Source: an uncultured Clostridia bacterium (GTDB lineage: Bacteria > Bacillota > Clostridia > Oscillospirales > CAG-272). From it: a DNA stretch of 64,000 bases. Below are positions 47,489-57,107 of this stretch, one piece after another. The position numbers and the translations under genes are program-made. Every line of letters starts with the position of its first letter. Position 1 is the stretch's first letter. The notes beneath the pieces were generated by a model. That model had not been told where the DNA came from. It did no database searches and was given only the letters and a program-made list of their open reading frames with translations. The stretch lies in assembly GCA_944381075.1 (NCBI GenBank), contig CALWJT010000006.1:7575-71574 (forward strand), written 5' to 3'.

Positions 47489-48352
47489 TCACAAAAGCGC
47501 TTCCGGCACAAGCGCTGCGAAGCCGTCAAAGTCCCCTCCGGTGAAATCCACCGCCACAAGCGCCTTTTTGGGCTCGTATTCCCCGCCGCAGCGCAGATAG
47601 CAGCGGTCCGGTACGGCGGCGACCACCAGTCCCTCTCCGGCGATCGTTTTCGACGGGATCAGACGCAGCTTTCCGATGGTCCTGATATCCAAGGATGCGA
47701 CACCGTCTGTCATCGCAAGCAAAATGTCGTCCGGCAGAAACCGTGCATGCTCCGATTTGACGAAGATAACAGGCGTGCCGGATACCGGCTCCGAAAGCAG
47801 GTTCCCACTGTCCACAAGGCAGGTAAAATCGGTATCCTTCCCGCCGAAGCCAAGCCGCACCTCACAGCTGCGTATACCGCGCTTCCTCTTGATCAGCCTG
47901 CCGATCCCCCATGTAAGCAGCGCGGAAAGCGCGGCGAGCACGGCAAAAAGCCAGATCGGAAGATCCCCGTATATGGTATGAATGCTGCCTCCGATTTCTA
48001 TGTAGGACTGATATTTGCCAAGCGATGTAAAGGCAGCCGTCATAATCCCGCCGATCAGCATGCTGATCCCGCAGAACAGCGCTGCCGTCGCAGCAAAGCT
48101 GCGGAAGCTGCCGTACCGAAACGCAATGGCGCACATGAGCAGCATCACGAGCAGCGTGATCAAATGATTCAAAAAAGCGCCGAAATCAAAAAGAAGAGAA
48201 CATACGCCGTAAAGGGCGCCAGTCGACGCGCCGAGGATCACCCGCCATGCGGACATTCCGAAATGCATGATTTTTCCGGCAAGATAAAGAGAAAGAAAAT
48301 CCATGCTGAAATTGATGATAAACAGCACGTCCCCGTATACTTCCTCCGTCAT
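47489..48352 (-). CDS. spoIIGA: Sigma-E processing aspartic peptidase SpoIIGA
   Basis: 287 aa with five N-terminal TM helices and the LVDSGN active site. Confidence 0.85.
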   Translation of the reverse strand: MTEEVYGDVLFIINFSMDFLSLYLAGKIMHFGMSAWRVILGASTGALYGVCSLLFDFGAFLNHLITLLVMLLMCAIAFRYGSFRSFAATAALFCGISMLIGGIMTAAFTSLGKYQSYIEIGGSIHTIYGDLPIWLFAVLAALSALLTWGIGRLIKRKRGIRSCEVRLGFGGKDTDFTCLVDSGNLLSEPVSGTPVIFVKSEHARFLPDDILLAMTDGVASLDIRTIGKLRLIPSKTIAGEGLVVAAVPDRCYLRCGGEYEPKKALVAVDFTGGDFDGFAALVPEALL

Positions 48353-48384
48353 GCTACCACTTCCTTTTTCTTTTGCATGCTTCC

Positions 48385-48419
48385 ATTATACGCGGAAGGA
48401 GGGAAAAATTTTGTCACAA
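48385..48419 (-). promoter_or_regulatory. Candidate spoIIGA promoter with an over-long spacer and a Spo0A-box-like sequence
   Basis: TATAAT (48385-48390 complement) with TTGTGACAA 20-23 nt upstream. TGTCACA on the plus strand resembles a 0A box (TGTCGAA). Confidence 0.4.
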
Positions 48420-48434
48420 TAAAGGGTACGAAAA

Positions 48435-48468
48435 TAAAAAAATGCACGAATATTTCGTGCATTTTTTT
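48435..48468. terminator. Bidirectional terminator after the hydrolase gene
   Basis: ATGCACGAA / TTCGTGCAT stem flanked by A7 and T7. Confidence 0.65.
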
Positions 48469-48497
48469 CATATAGATTTCATTTTCCCGCGGCGCAT

Positions 48498-49247
48498 TCA
48501 TGATTTGGACTGTGAAAGAAGCCAGTCCACAAGGCCTTCTTCCCTGTAGGCAGGGATCCAGCAATTATGTCCCTCATCCGGAAATTCGGTATAGCGGATC
48601 TTCGTGCCGCCCGCCGCACGGATCGCCGCTACCATATCGCGCGAGCCGCTCACAGGGACCGTAGGGTCCATCGCGCCGTGGAATGCCCAGATCGCGATAT
48701 CCGTAAGCCGCGAAGCAAGGCTCGGGATCCCCGCGCCGCAGACTGGGATGGCGGCGGCAAAGACCTCCGGACGGCGTGTGATGAGCTCCCACATGCCGTA
48801 ACCGCCCATCGAGATGCCGGCGGCGTAAACCCTTTTGAGATCCACCGCCTCACAGGTCAGGAAGCGGTCTAAGAGCGCCATTGCGGCCGCAAGCCCGACA
48901 GTCGGCTTTTCCGAAAGCTCACGCGAGCCTGTGGACCATGCGTGGCAAAGCGGGACCCATTCATAGCGCACATCGCACGGACACTGCGGTGCCACAATGA
49001 TACAGTCATCCCGTTCCATCATCAGATTGATCAACCGGTTTTCCTTATGCAGAACGCGGATCTGCTGCTCGTTGTCCGTACCGCATTCGCCGTGCCCATG
49101 CAGAAAAAACAGCATCGGATAACGTTTTTCCCCCTTGGCATCGTATCCGGATGGGAAATAGACGCGGTACGGAAGATCGAACCGCTCGCCCGTCTTAAGA
49201 TCCTCGTAATGCTCCACGCCTCTTGCCATTACATCTACATTTACCAT
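48498..49247 (-). CDS. Alpha/beta hydrolase (carboxylesterase / prolyl-oligopeptidase-type)
   Basis: Nucleophile elbow GISMGG, and FFLHGHGE. The start was trimmed to 49247. Confidence 0.7.
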   Translation of the reverse strand: MVNVDVMARGVEHYEDLKTGERFDLPYRVYFPSGYDAKGEKRYPMLFFLHGHGECGTDNEQQIRVLHKENRLINLMMERDDCIIVAPQCPCDVRYEWVPLCHAWSTGSRELSEKPTVGLAAAMALLDRFLTCEAVDLKRVYAAGISMGGYGMWELITRRPEVFAAAIPVCGAGIPSLASRLTDIAIWAFHGAMDPTVPVSGSRDMVAAIRAAGGTKIRYTEFPDEGHNCWIPAYREEGLVDWLLSQSKS

Positions 49248-49266
49248 TGTTTTCCGTCCCTTTCCC

Positions 49267-49707
49267 TTATTCTTTATAAAACTGAAGATAGCCGAGCTCT
49301 TCAAAGCCGAGCCGACGATAGAGCGCCTGCGCCCTTTCGTTTTCCGGCTCGGTCTCCAGACGGAAGCGTCTCACAGCACCGCCGTACCGCTCTTCCAGAA
49401 AAGCAAAGAATTCCCTGCCGAGTCCCTTGCCGCGTGCCTCGGGAACGGTATAGAGCTCCTCGATCCAGACGACAGGCCCGCCCGCTTCATGCGAATAGGT
49501 CTTTGCAAGCAGCGCATAGCCTGCGGGAACGCCGTTCGCTCCTATCAGCAGGTAGCCCTCGGCATATACGTCCGAGCGCATCATTTCTTCAAACACCGCA
49601 GTATGATATGCGTCCGGAACCGGATGCAGAACAGCCGGCGACGCATAAAAATCTCTTGTAAGGCGCAAAAACAGCTCCTTGTCCTCTTTTTCTATTTTCC
49701 GTATCAT
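49267..49707 (-). CDS. GNAT N-acetyltransferase
   Basis: 146 aa with the RGKGLG acetyl-CoA loop and AQALYRRLGF. The start at 49707 follows GGAAGGAG. Confidence 0.75.
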   Translation of the reverse strand: MIRKIEKEDKELFLRLTRDFYASPAVLHPVPDAYHTAVFEEMMRSDVYAEGYLLIGANGVPAGYALLAKTYSHEAGGPVVWIEELYTVPEARGKGLGREFFAFLEERYGGAVRRFRLETEPENERAQALYRRLGFEELGYLQFYKE

Positions 49708-50124
49708 TGATTCTCCTTCCTTGCGGCGGAATGCGGGACGATCCGAATGGCAGCATAGATCCGCACCGCCGCTCTCAAAATAAAAAGCCGTGTCGTTCGC
49801 AATGGCCGATGCTCCGCCGCAGGATACGGCGCCGGACGCCGCCGCGTCCGTCATACGCCAAGCCCGTCAGGGCACCGAAGCATCTTTTATAGAAATCTTT
49901 TTCTGCATACGGCGGGCAAGGCCGCGGCTGCAAATCCATTTTTCTGATAAAATCGTTCAAGACCTTCCGCGCAGCCGGATGTCCCCGCGGAGAAGCGGCA
50001 GAGACGGCCCATAGGAGACGAAAGTGCCGCCGCTGGCCTCCGAGACGGCCCTTCCCGCCCGTCTGCGGCGACGAAATCTACCGCTTGCCCGCAAAGCGGC
50101 GGATGCTCTCTTCCGGATAAAACT

Positions 50125-50891
50125 TCAATCGATAGATAACGACACACATTCTGTACGGGAGAAAGCCGATTCGATTTCCATTTTCATGGATTCCGCCGCC
50201 GCTTCTTTTTCTCCCGTCCAGCAGTCCTCGGTCAATCCTTCGCCGCCCGTTCCAGGACCGCCGCATGGGCGGGCGGCAATTTCAGGACCGCCATGCGGCC
50301 GCCATAAGATGTCAGAGCTCCCACACAAAGCGTGTACCGCATCTGGGCAGCGTAAGGAGACATTGCGCTTGTCGCCATCGGTTCCGGAGTGCAGATGCGG
50401 CAGAAATTCCCGTATCGCAAGGCGGATTTTCCCGTCGGAAACCGGCGGCAGCAGCGAGGACGCCGCGGGACCATAGAGCGGGACGCTGTGTTCTCCCGCC
50501 TGCCGGAGCAAAATCATCATATCCGGGTCGCATGCCGCCCGCGGAAGATACCCCGATTCGATTTCGTTCCTCATCCATTCTCCGTACATAAAATCAAATC
50601 CCCGCGGACATTCGCGCCCGGTCACATCCGTGACCTCCAAGGGACTCCCTCTGCCGCTGCCCGGTCTTGTCAAAAGCCGGAGAAGAATTTGCGCAAGCTG
50701 CCTTCTCTGTGCTTGCGCGATAGGCATCCGGCGTACCGCCAGAAGACCGGCTCGCTGTCAGAGTGCAGTCCCCCGAACACAGCCGCGCCATAGAAATAAA
50801 GTCCGATAAGCCCGTCGGACAGCAGCGATTTTATCTTCTCCGCAGCCCATAGCGCCTCTTTCTCTCTGGGGATGTGTGATGTCTCTTTCAC
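50125..50891 (-). pseudogene. ANT(3'')/ANT(9)-like aminoglycoside nucleotidyltransferase (AadA family), multiply frameshifted
   Basis: Three minus-strand ORFs in three different frames are colinear with AadA. ORF 50670-50891 has LYFYGAAVFGGLHSDSE. ORF 50125-50727 has FMYGEWMRNEI...ILLRQAGEHSVPLYGPAA...GDKRNV. ORF 50232-50474 has LPPAHAAVLERA. Confidence 0.6.
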
Positions 50892-52138
50892 TGGGAAAGC
50901 AGCTCTTCCGCCGCCGTCATGATGGCGAACCTTCCGCTTTCATAGGTAAGCCCCCCTTGGAAATAGGCCGTATACGGCGCACGCAAGGGTCCGTCGGCGG
51001 AAAGCTCGATAGAGGCACCCTGCGTGAACGTGCCCGCCGCCATGATGACTTTGTCCTCATATCCCGGCATATCCCATGGCTCCGGCGTGACGAACGCATC
51101 GACAGGAGAGCCAGACTGGATGCCCCGGCAGAAGGCGCAAAGCCCGTCAGGATTGCCGAATTTCACCGTTTGAATAATATCATGGCGGCATGCGTCCCAG
51201 GACGGCTCGACCTCATATCCAAGAGCGTCGAACAGATAAGCTGCGAGCGCCGCCGTCTTTTTTGCCTGCGCCACGATATGCGGCGCAAAGAAGAATCCCT
51301 TGCAGATATCGCGCGTTTGCCCAAGGGTAGCGCCGCATTCCGTCCCGATGCCGACCGTCGTCAGCCGATAAGAGACAAGCTCTACCGCGCGCGAGGTTCC
51401 GGCCACATAGCCGCCGGTCTGCGCGATCCCGCCGCCGGGATTTTTGATAAGAGAACCAACGATGATATCCGCTCCGTGCGCCGTCGGCTCCGTTCTGTCG
51501 CAGAACTCGCCGTAGCAGTTGTCGACGACGACATACGCTCCGCATCTCGCCTTGGAAAACGCCGCGATCCTGCCGATCTCCTCGGAGGAAAGCGTCGGGC
51601 GGTTCGCATATCCCTTGGAACGCTGGATAAATACGACCTTGATGCGGGAACCGAGCTCCCGCAACTTTTTTTCGATGCCGGCAAAATCCACGCCGCCGTC
51701 CGGAAGAAGCGCTACCTCGTCGTAGATGACGCCGAAGTCGGCAAGCGAGCCGTCTCCGTTCTTCGTTTTGTCTCCGATGACCTCGGAGAGCGTATCGTAG
51801 GGCCGCCCCGTCACGGCAAGCATGACATCTCCCGGACGCAGAAGCCCGAACAGGACCGTGGAGATCGCATGCGTCCCGTTGACGAAATTGTGGCGGACAA
51901 ATGCCGCCTGCGCGCCGAATACGTCCGCATAAACCGCGTCCATCGTATCGCGCCCCGTATCCCCATAGCCGTAGCCCGTCGAACCCGCAAACATGGTTTC
52001 CGATATCCGGTGGCGCCGGTAGCTTTCCAGCACACGCGCCGTATTGTCATAGGCGACCGCGTCGAAATCCGCGAACACGGGCGCAAGCTCGCGCTCCGCC
52101 TTCTCCGTCAGCTTCAAAATTTTTTCTGAAAATCCCAT
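50888..52138 (-). CDS. PLP-dependent Met-gamma-lyase-family protein (YnbB / aluminium-resistance family)
   Basis: Motifs GSTGYGYGDTGRD and FVRHNFVNGTHAIS. The start was trimmed to the ATG at 52138. Confidence 0.8.
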   Translation of the reverse strand: MGFSEKILKLTEKAERELAPVFADFDAVAYDNTARVLESYRRHRISETMFAGSTGYGYGDTGRDTMDAVYADVFGAQAAFVRHNFVNGTHAISTVLFGLLRPGDVMLAVTGRPYDTLSEVIGDKTKNGDGSLADFGVIYDEVALLPDGGVDFAGIEKKLRELGSRIKVVFIQRSKGYANRPTLSSEEIGRIAAFSKARCGAYVVVDNCYGEFCDRTEPTAHGADIIVGSLIKNPGGGIAQTGGYVAGTSRAVELVSYRLTTVGIGTECGATLGQTRDICKGFFFAPHIVAQAKKTAALAAYLFDALGYEVEPSWDACRHDIIQTVKFGNPDGLCAFCRGIQSGSPVDAFVTPEPWDMPGYEDKVIMAAGTFTQGASIELSADGPLRAPYTAYFQGGLTYESGRFAIMTAAEELLSQ

Positions 52139-52174
52139 TTTTATTAACCTCTCTGCTCTTTTCAAATCTTCCCC

Positions 52175-52227
52175 GTCTGCAGCGCCGCCGCGCGAGAGCT
52201 CCCGTCCGCTGCGGCGGCGCTGCAGAC
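52175..52227. other. GC-rich 17-bp perfect inverted repeat (intercistronic stem-loop)
   Basis: GTCTGCAGCGCCGCCGC (52175-52191) and GCGGCGGCGCTGCAGAC (52211-52227). No U-run follows. Confidence 0.6.
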
Positions 52228-52230
52228 GCA

Positions 52231-53229
52231 TCATTCAAACCGCGTCCCGCAAAGCCCAGCAAGGATCCGGACGCCGCCTGCAACGTCGTTCATATCGACG
52301 ACCTCGACCGCGCTGTGCCCATACCGCGTCGGGATGGACAGCGCCCCCGCCACGCAGCCGCCCGCCGCCTGTTGGAGCATGCAGGTATCGGTTCCGCCGG
52401 ATTCGAGGACCTCATACTGGATCGGGACGTTTTCCTCGTCGGCGACAGACTTCATCGCCTCGATCATTTTTTTATGGCAGATGACCATGCCGTCCTTGAG
52501 CTTGACGGCGATGCCGCCTCCGAGCACCACCTCGAACGGCGCGCAGTTCGGAACATCCCCCGCGCCTCCGATGTCCACCGCCACGGCATAATCGGGCGCA
52601 ACGGAAAACGCGGAGGTCTTCGCGCCGCGGACGCCGACCTCTTCTTGGACGGTAAAGACAAAATAGACGTCGTTCTCGTAAACCTTTGCCGTCTTTGCCG
52701 CTTCAAACAGCATCAGACACCCGATCCGGTCGTCGATCGGACGTCCCGCCACGCGGCTGCCGGCAAGGCGGATCAGCTTCGGCGCGACGCGGCAGGTATC
52801 GCCGATCTTGACCCGGCGCTCCGCATCCTTTTTACTTTTCGCGCCGATATCGACATAAAATACCTCCGGACGAAAATCCTTCGCCGCCGTTCTGGCATCC
52901 GGCACGATCACGCCGCGCAGGCCGTTTTGGAATTCCACCTCGGAAAAGGCCGCGGCATTGAAATTGATGCCGCCCATTTTGGAAACGCGAAGATAGCCCT
53001 TCTCGTCGATGAAGCTCACCATGAAGCCGATCTCATCCATGTGCGCGGCGAACATCAGCTTTTTCGGATGCTTTCCCGTCCCTTTCTTGAACGCGTAAAG
53101 ATTGCCCATTGCATCGGTGTAAACCCTGTCCACATACGGCGCGATGTCCGCCGCGATAACGGACGCGATATTCCCCTCGTCCCCGGACACGCCGGGCGCA
53201 TATATAAATTTTTTCAGCTGTGCAAACAT
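52231..53229 (-). CDS. M42-family (TET/FrvX/YsdC-like) aminopeptidase, copy 1
   Basis: Motifs APGVSGDE, AHMDEIGFMV and VQEEVG. The start is at 53229 or 53238. Confidence 0.85.
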   Translation of the reverse strand: MFAQLKKFIYAPGVSGDEGNIASVIAADIAPYVDRVYTDAMGNLYAFKKGTGKHPKKLMFAAHMDEIGFMVSFIDEKGYLRVSKMGGINFNAAAFSEVEFQNGLRGVIVPDARTAAKDFRPEVFYVDIGAKSKKDAERRVKIGDTCRVAPKLIRLAGSRVAGRPIDDRIGCLMLFEAAKTAKVYENDVYFVFTVQEEVGVRGAKTSAFSVAPDYAVAVDIGGAGDVPNCAPFEVVLGGGIAVKLKDGMVICHKKMIEAMKSVADEENVPIQYEVLESGGTDTCMLQQAAGGCVAGALSIPTRYGHSAVEVVDMNDVAGGVRILAGLCGTRFE

Positions 53230-53421
53230 AAAATCCATCCTTTCGATTGTTCGTTGCAGGCGCGACCCATACGCCGCCTACCGTTTTCTGCTGCTTATCG
53301 TTTGGACATATGCCCGACCCTTCTTTAGTCCGCTGGCCTTGCCCATTCGGCCGGACCCTGCGTCGGACCGCTTCGTCCTCCGTTTCGTCTGCTATTTTCT
53401 ATAGAAAGACGTCTCTTTGCA

Positions 53422-54474
53422 TCACGGCGCCACAACAAGCGCACAGGCAAGCGAAAGCACCGCCTCGTAGTCCGAGCGCTGAATGATTTCCGCGCCGGAA
53501 TGCAGGTTCCGCGTCGGGATCCCGACCGAAAGCGTGCGGATGCCGGACGCCGTCTTGTGGACGGTCTTCCCCTCTCCGCCGGGCAGCGCGGCGCTCGCAG
53601 GATGCTGATACCGGAGGCCGCGCGCCTTCGCCATACTCACAGCCTGTGCAAAAAGTGCTCTGTCGTAAAGCGTTCCGGCATCCGCCGGCGCAATCACGGC
53701 GCCCGCGCCGAGCGAGGCGCCGCGCGCCGTTTCCGGAGCGTCTCCGAAATCCGCAGCCGGCGCTGCGTCAAATAAGACCGCGCGGTCCGGACGGATCGTG
53801 AAAGCCGCCGTTTCGATGGCGAACTGCGCCCTTGCGATCTCCCGCTTGGCAGAGAAAACAAAGAAGAGCTCATCCGCCGCAAGCTTGTCCTTATCCATTC
53901 CGTGCAGCTTTTCCAAAAGCTCGCAGAGGAGCACGCACATGGAACGTCCGCCAAGTGCCTTGCCCGCATAAAAACCGCCGGCAAGGGGCGTAAACTTCGG
54001 TTCCAGCGTACCGTAATCGCCTATCTGCACAAGCGTCTCCGCCTGCGCCCTGTCTTTTGCGCCAAGCTCGATATAAAGCTTGTCCGCAGGCGTCGGCTTG
54101 GAACGCTCCTCGCCTGACTGCGCATGGATCGGCTTTGCACAGACGACGCCGCGCACGCCGGATGTCATAGCGATCCGCCGCCCCGACAGCACGCGCGTAT
54201 CCAGATTGCCGAGAAGCGCAATGCGGGCTTTTCCCTCCGCATCGATGCTTTTTATCATGAAGCCGACCTCGTCCATATGCGCCGCAAGCATGAGCCGTTC
54301 TTTTCCGCGGCTCTTGCCGGAGGAGAGCCTCACGATAAGATTGCCGGCGCCGTCCGTCCAAGCCTCGTCGAAAAGGCCGGCAATGCTTTTCAGAATCGTC
54401 CGCGCCGCCTCCGTCTCACAGCCGGACGGCGCGACGGCACGCGCAAGCGCGGCAAGAAGATTTTCCCTTTCCAT
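53422..54474 (-). CDS. M42-family aminopeptidase, copy 2
   Basis: AHMDEVGFMIKSI. AAGGAG lies 8 nt before the ATG at 54474. Confidence 0.85.
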   Translation of the reverse strand: MERENLLAALARAVAPSGCETEAARTILKSIAGLFDEAWTDGAGNLIVRLSSGKSRGKERLMLAAHMDEVGFMIKSIDAEGKARIALLGNLDTRVLSGRRIAMTSGVRGVVCAKPIHAQSGEERSKPTPADKLYIELGAKDRAQAETLVQIGDYGTLEPKFTPLAGGFYAGKALGGRSMCVLLCELLEKLHGMDKDKLAADELFFVFSAKREIARAQFAIETAAFTIRPDRAVLFDAAPAADFGDAPETARGASLGAGAVIAPADAGTLYDRALFAQAVSMAKARGLRYQHPASAALPGGEGKTVHKTASGIRTLSVGIPTRNLHSGAEIIQRSDYEAVLSLACALVVAP

Positions 54475-54479
54475 TGTTC

Positions 54480-55526
54480 TCACTCCTTTCCGTCCACGCC
54501 GCGGCCGTATCTGCGGCGGATGACCGCCGCGATAAGGCGCGCGGTATGCTCGACGTCCTCGAGATTCAAGATTTCATTTGCCGTATGCATAAACCAGATC
54601 GGAATCCCGATAAGCGCCGTCGGGATTCCGCCCGCAGCATAGACCAGTTCGTCCGCATGCGTTCCGGTCCCTGTCGCCTCTACCACCGTTTGGACAGGGA
54701 TCTTTTCGATTTCCGCCGTCTCCACGACAAAATCGGTCAGCGCTTTGTCAAGAATCGCGGAAATCGAGACGGCGGGACCGCCCTGCATCTCGGAGTCCCC
54801 CGGCTTTTTGCCCTCCGGCGCGTAGCCGAAGGTCACATCGAGCACCAGCGCGGCGTCCGGCCGGATGCGGAACGCAGCCGTTGACACGGCGCGGTGTCCT
54901 ACCTCCTCCCTTGCGGAAAGCGAAACATAAAGATCGCATTCCAGCGCGGACATCTCCAACTGCGACACCGCCAAAATGACGGCGGCAGCGGAACATTTGT
55001 TGTCAAAGCCCTTGCCGGCAAAAAATCCGCCCGCAAGCTCCGTATAGACCGGCTCAAAACCGACGGGCGTCCCGATCGGCGCCGCCTTTTCCGCTTCTTC
55101 TTTGGTAAGGCCGGTATCGATAAGAAGCTCCGTCACCGGCGTGAGCCGACCGCTCTCATCGCCGGTCATGAGCTCCCTTGGCTTTGTCAGTACGATGCCG
55201 GGCAGTCGCTCTCTGCCGTATACGACCACCTCGGCGGCGGGCAGGATACGGGCGTCTACGCCTCCCTGCCCGCATACGCGCAGATAGCCCTCCTTCGTGA
55301 TGCCCTTGACCATGAGCCCTACCTCGTCATAATGCGCATCGAGGAAAAGCCTTTTGGCCTCCGGCTTCCCGCATCGGCGGATAAAAATATGATTCCCTGC
55401 CGCGTCGTATTCGTGCTCGTCAAGATACGGGTCAATCAGCGCCGATAGCGCCTTCTCATCATAGGATTCGAATCCGACGACGGACATTTTGCCGCAAAGT
55501 GCGGCCAAAAGCTCCTTTGTCTGCAT
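54480..55526 (-). CDS. M42-family aminopeptidase, copy 3
   Basis: AHYDEVGLMVKGI and AREEVG. The start at 55526 follows GGGAGG. Confidence 0.85.
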   Translation of the reverse strand: MQTKELLAALCGKMSVVGFESYDEKALSALIDPYLDEHEYDAAGNHIFIRRCGKPEAKRLFLDAHYDEVGLMVKGITKEGYLRVCGQGGVDARILPAAEVVVYGRERLPGIVLTKPRELMTGDESGRLTPVTELLIDTGLTKEEAEKAAPIGTPVGFEPVYTELAGGFFAGKGFDNKCSAAAVILAVSQLEMSALECDLYVSLSAREEVGHRAVSTAAFRIRPDAALVLDVTFGYAPEGKKPGDSEMQGGPAVSISAILDKALTDFVVETAEIEKIPVQTVVEATGTGTHADELVYAAGGIPTALIGIPIWFMHTANEILNLEDVEHTARLIAAVIRRRYGRGVDGKE

Positions 55527-55690
55527 GAAGCTGTCCTCCCTTTTTTCTCCGTTTATCTTTGATTTTCCATAAACGTTCATTTCCCTGCCGCCGAAGCATC
55601 AAGATGCCCCGCGCGGCGTCAAGCCCAACACGCCCTTTTCCAAGGGCGCAGGCGCCTTTTCACAGTCGCCCGCCTTGCGCGTTCTTTCCG

Positions 55691-57085
55691 TCAGCCCTCC
55701 ATCTCCCTTACAAGCTCACAGAAGCGGTCGCCGCGGCGCTCGAAATTCGGAAATGCGTCAAAGCTCGCCGCCGCCGGCGACAGAAGAACCGTATCTCCTG
55801 TCTGCGCGCGTCCTGCGGCGTACCGCACCGCATCGTCGAACGAACCGATATAAGCAGTTCTCTCCCGCGGATAGCCGTGCGCCACAAGCTTTTCCAAAAC
55901 CTGCATGCCGGTCTCGCCCGTCGCCGTGACAAACTTCGCCTTCTCGGCAAGAGGGGCGATGAGCGGTTCGACGGGGATGTGCTTATCATAGCCTCCGACG
56001 ATAACGATCAGCGGCTCCTCGAACGAGGCAAGCGCCGCAAGCGTGCGCGTGGGACTGGTATCGATCGAGCTGTTGTAGAATTTCACGCCGCCCTTTTCCG
56101 CCGCAAGCTCGATCCGGTGCCGCACGCCGCCGAAGGTGCGCGCGACCTCCGTCATATCGGCGATGTCAACGACGCCCCAAACCGCGCAGATCGCCGCCAT
56201 ATAATTTTCCACATTGTGCAGGCCCACAAGCCTGATATCGGAGCGGTCCATGACAAAATGCTCCGTTCCGTCATAATACCAGAGCGCCCCGTCACGGAAA
56301 TAGCAGGCGTTCCGATGCGCAAGCGTGCGCCGCGAGGAAAACAGCGTGACCGCGGCGCACGCTTCCTTCGCCATCGCCCGCGTGATCTCGTTTTCCGCAT
56401 TGAGCACAAGGCGGCAGCTTTTGTCCTGATCGCGATATATATTTTTTTTGCTGTCTATGTACTCCTCCATCGAGGTGTGCCAGTTGAGATGGTTCGGCGT
56501 GACATTGGTAACGACTGCACACCACGGGGAAAACCGCATCGTATGGAGCTGAAAGCTCGAAAGCTCCAGCACGGCGAAGTCCTCCTCCCGCATTTTCTCC
56601 ACCGCGGAAAGGAGCGGCGTGCCGATATTCCCGCCGAGGAACACGCGCGCACCGGATCTTTCTGCCGCGCGCTCCAGCATTTTGGAAATAACGGTCGTCG
56701 TAGTCGTCTTGCCGTCGCTGCCCGTCACGGCAAAGATTTTGCACGGGCAAAGGGACACCATGACCTCCATTTCCGAGGTCACGACCGCTCCGCGCGTCCG
56801 CGCCGCGAGGAGCTCCGGCACATCATATCGAATGCCGGGGGACTTGAAGATCACGTCCTCGTCGAGTGACGAAAGATATCCTTCCCCATAAATCATACGG
56901 ATCCCGCGCTCCCTTAAAAACCGTTCCGTTTCGCCGTCCGGCACGGGACTTTTGTCGCGCGCGGTAAGCACTGCCCCGCAGGACAGCAGAAAATCCACTG
57001 CCGCACGGTTGCTGATGCCCATGCCGACAAGGGCGACCCTTTTTCCTCTTATCTCTTTTTTGAACGCTTCCAGCTTTCCATTCAT
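55691..57085 (-). CDS. murD: UDP-N-acetylmuramoylalanine--D-glutamate ligase
   Basis: Motifs VALVGMGISN and VTGSDGKTTTT. The start at 57085 follows GGAGG. Confidence 0.9.
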   Translation of the reverse strand: MNGKLEAFKKEIRGKRVALVGMGISNRAAVDFLLSCGAVLTARDKSPVPDGETERFLRERGIRMIYGEGYLSSLDEDVIFKSPGIRYDVPELLAARTRGAVVTSEMEVMVSLCPCKIFAVTGSDGKTTTTTVISKMLERAAERSGARVFLGGNIGTPLLSAVEKMREEDFAVLELSSFQLHTMRFSPWCAVVTNVTPNHLNWHTSMEEYIDSKKNIYRDQDKSCRLVLNAENEITRAMAKEACAAVTLFSSRRTLAHRNACYFRDGALWYYDGTEHFVMDRSDIRLVGLHNVENYMAAICAVWGVVDIADMTEVARTFGGVRHRIELAAEKGGVKFYNSSIDTSPTRTLAALASFEEPLIVIVGGYDKHIPVEPLIAPLAEKAKFVTATGETGMQVLEKLVAHGYPRERTAYIGSFDDAVRYAAGRAQTGDTVLLSPAAASFDAFPNFERRGDRFCELVREMEG

Positions 57086-57107
57086 AAAGGCCTCCTTCGT
57101 CAGTCCG

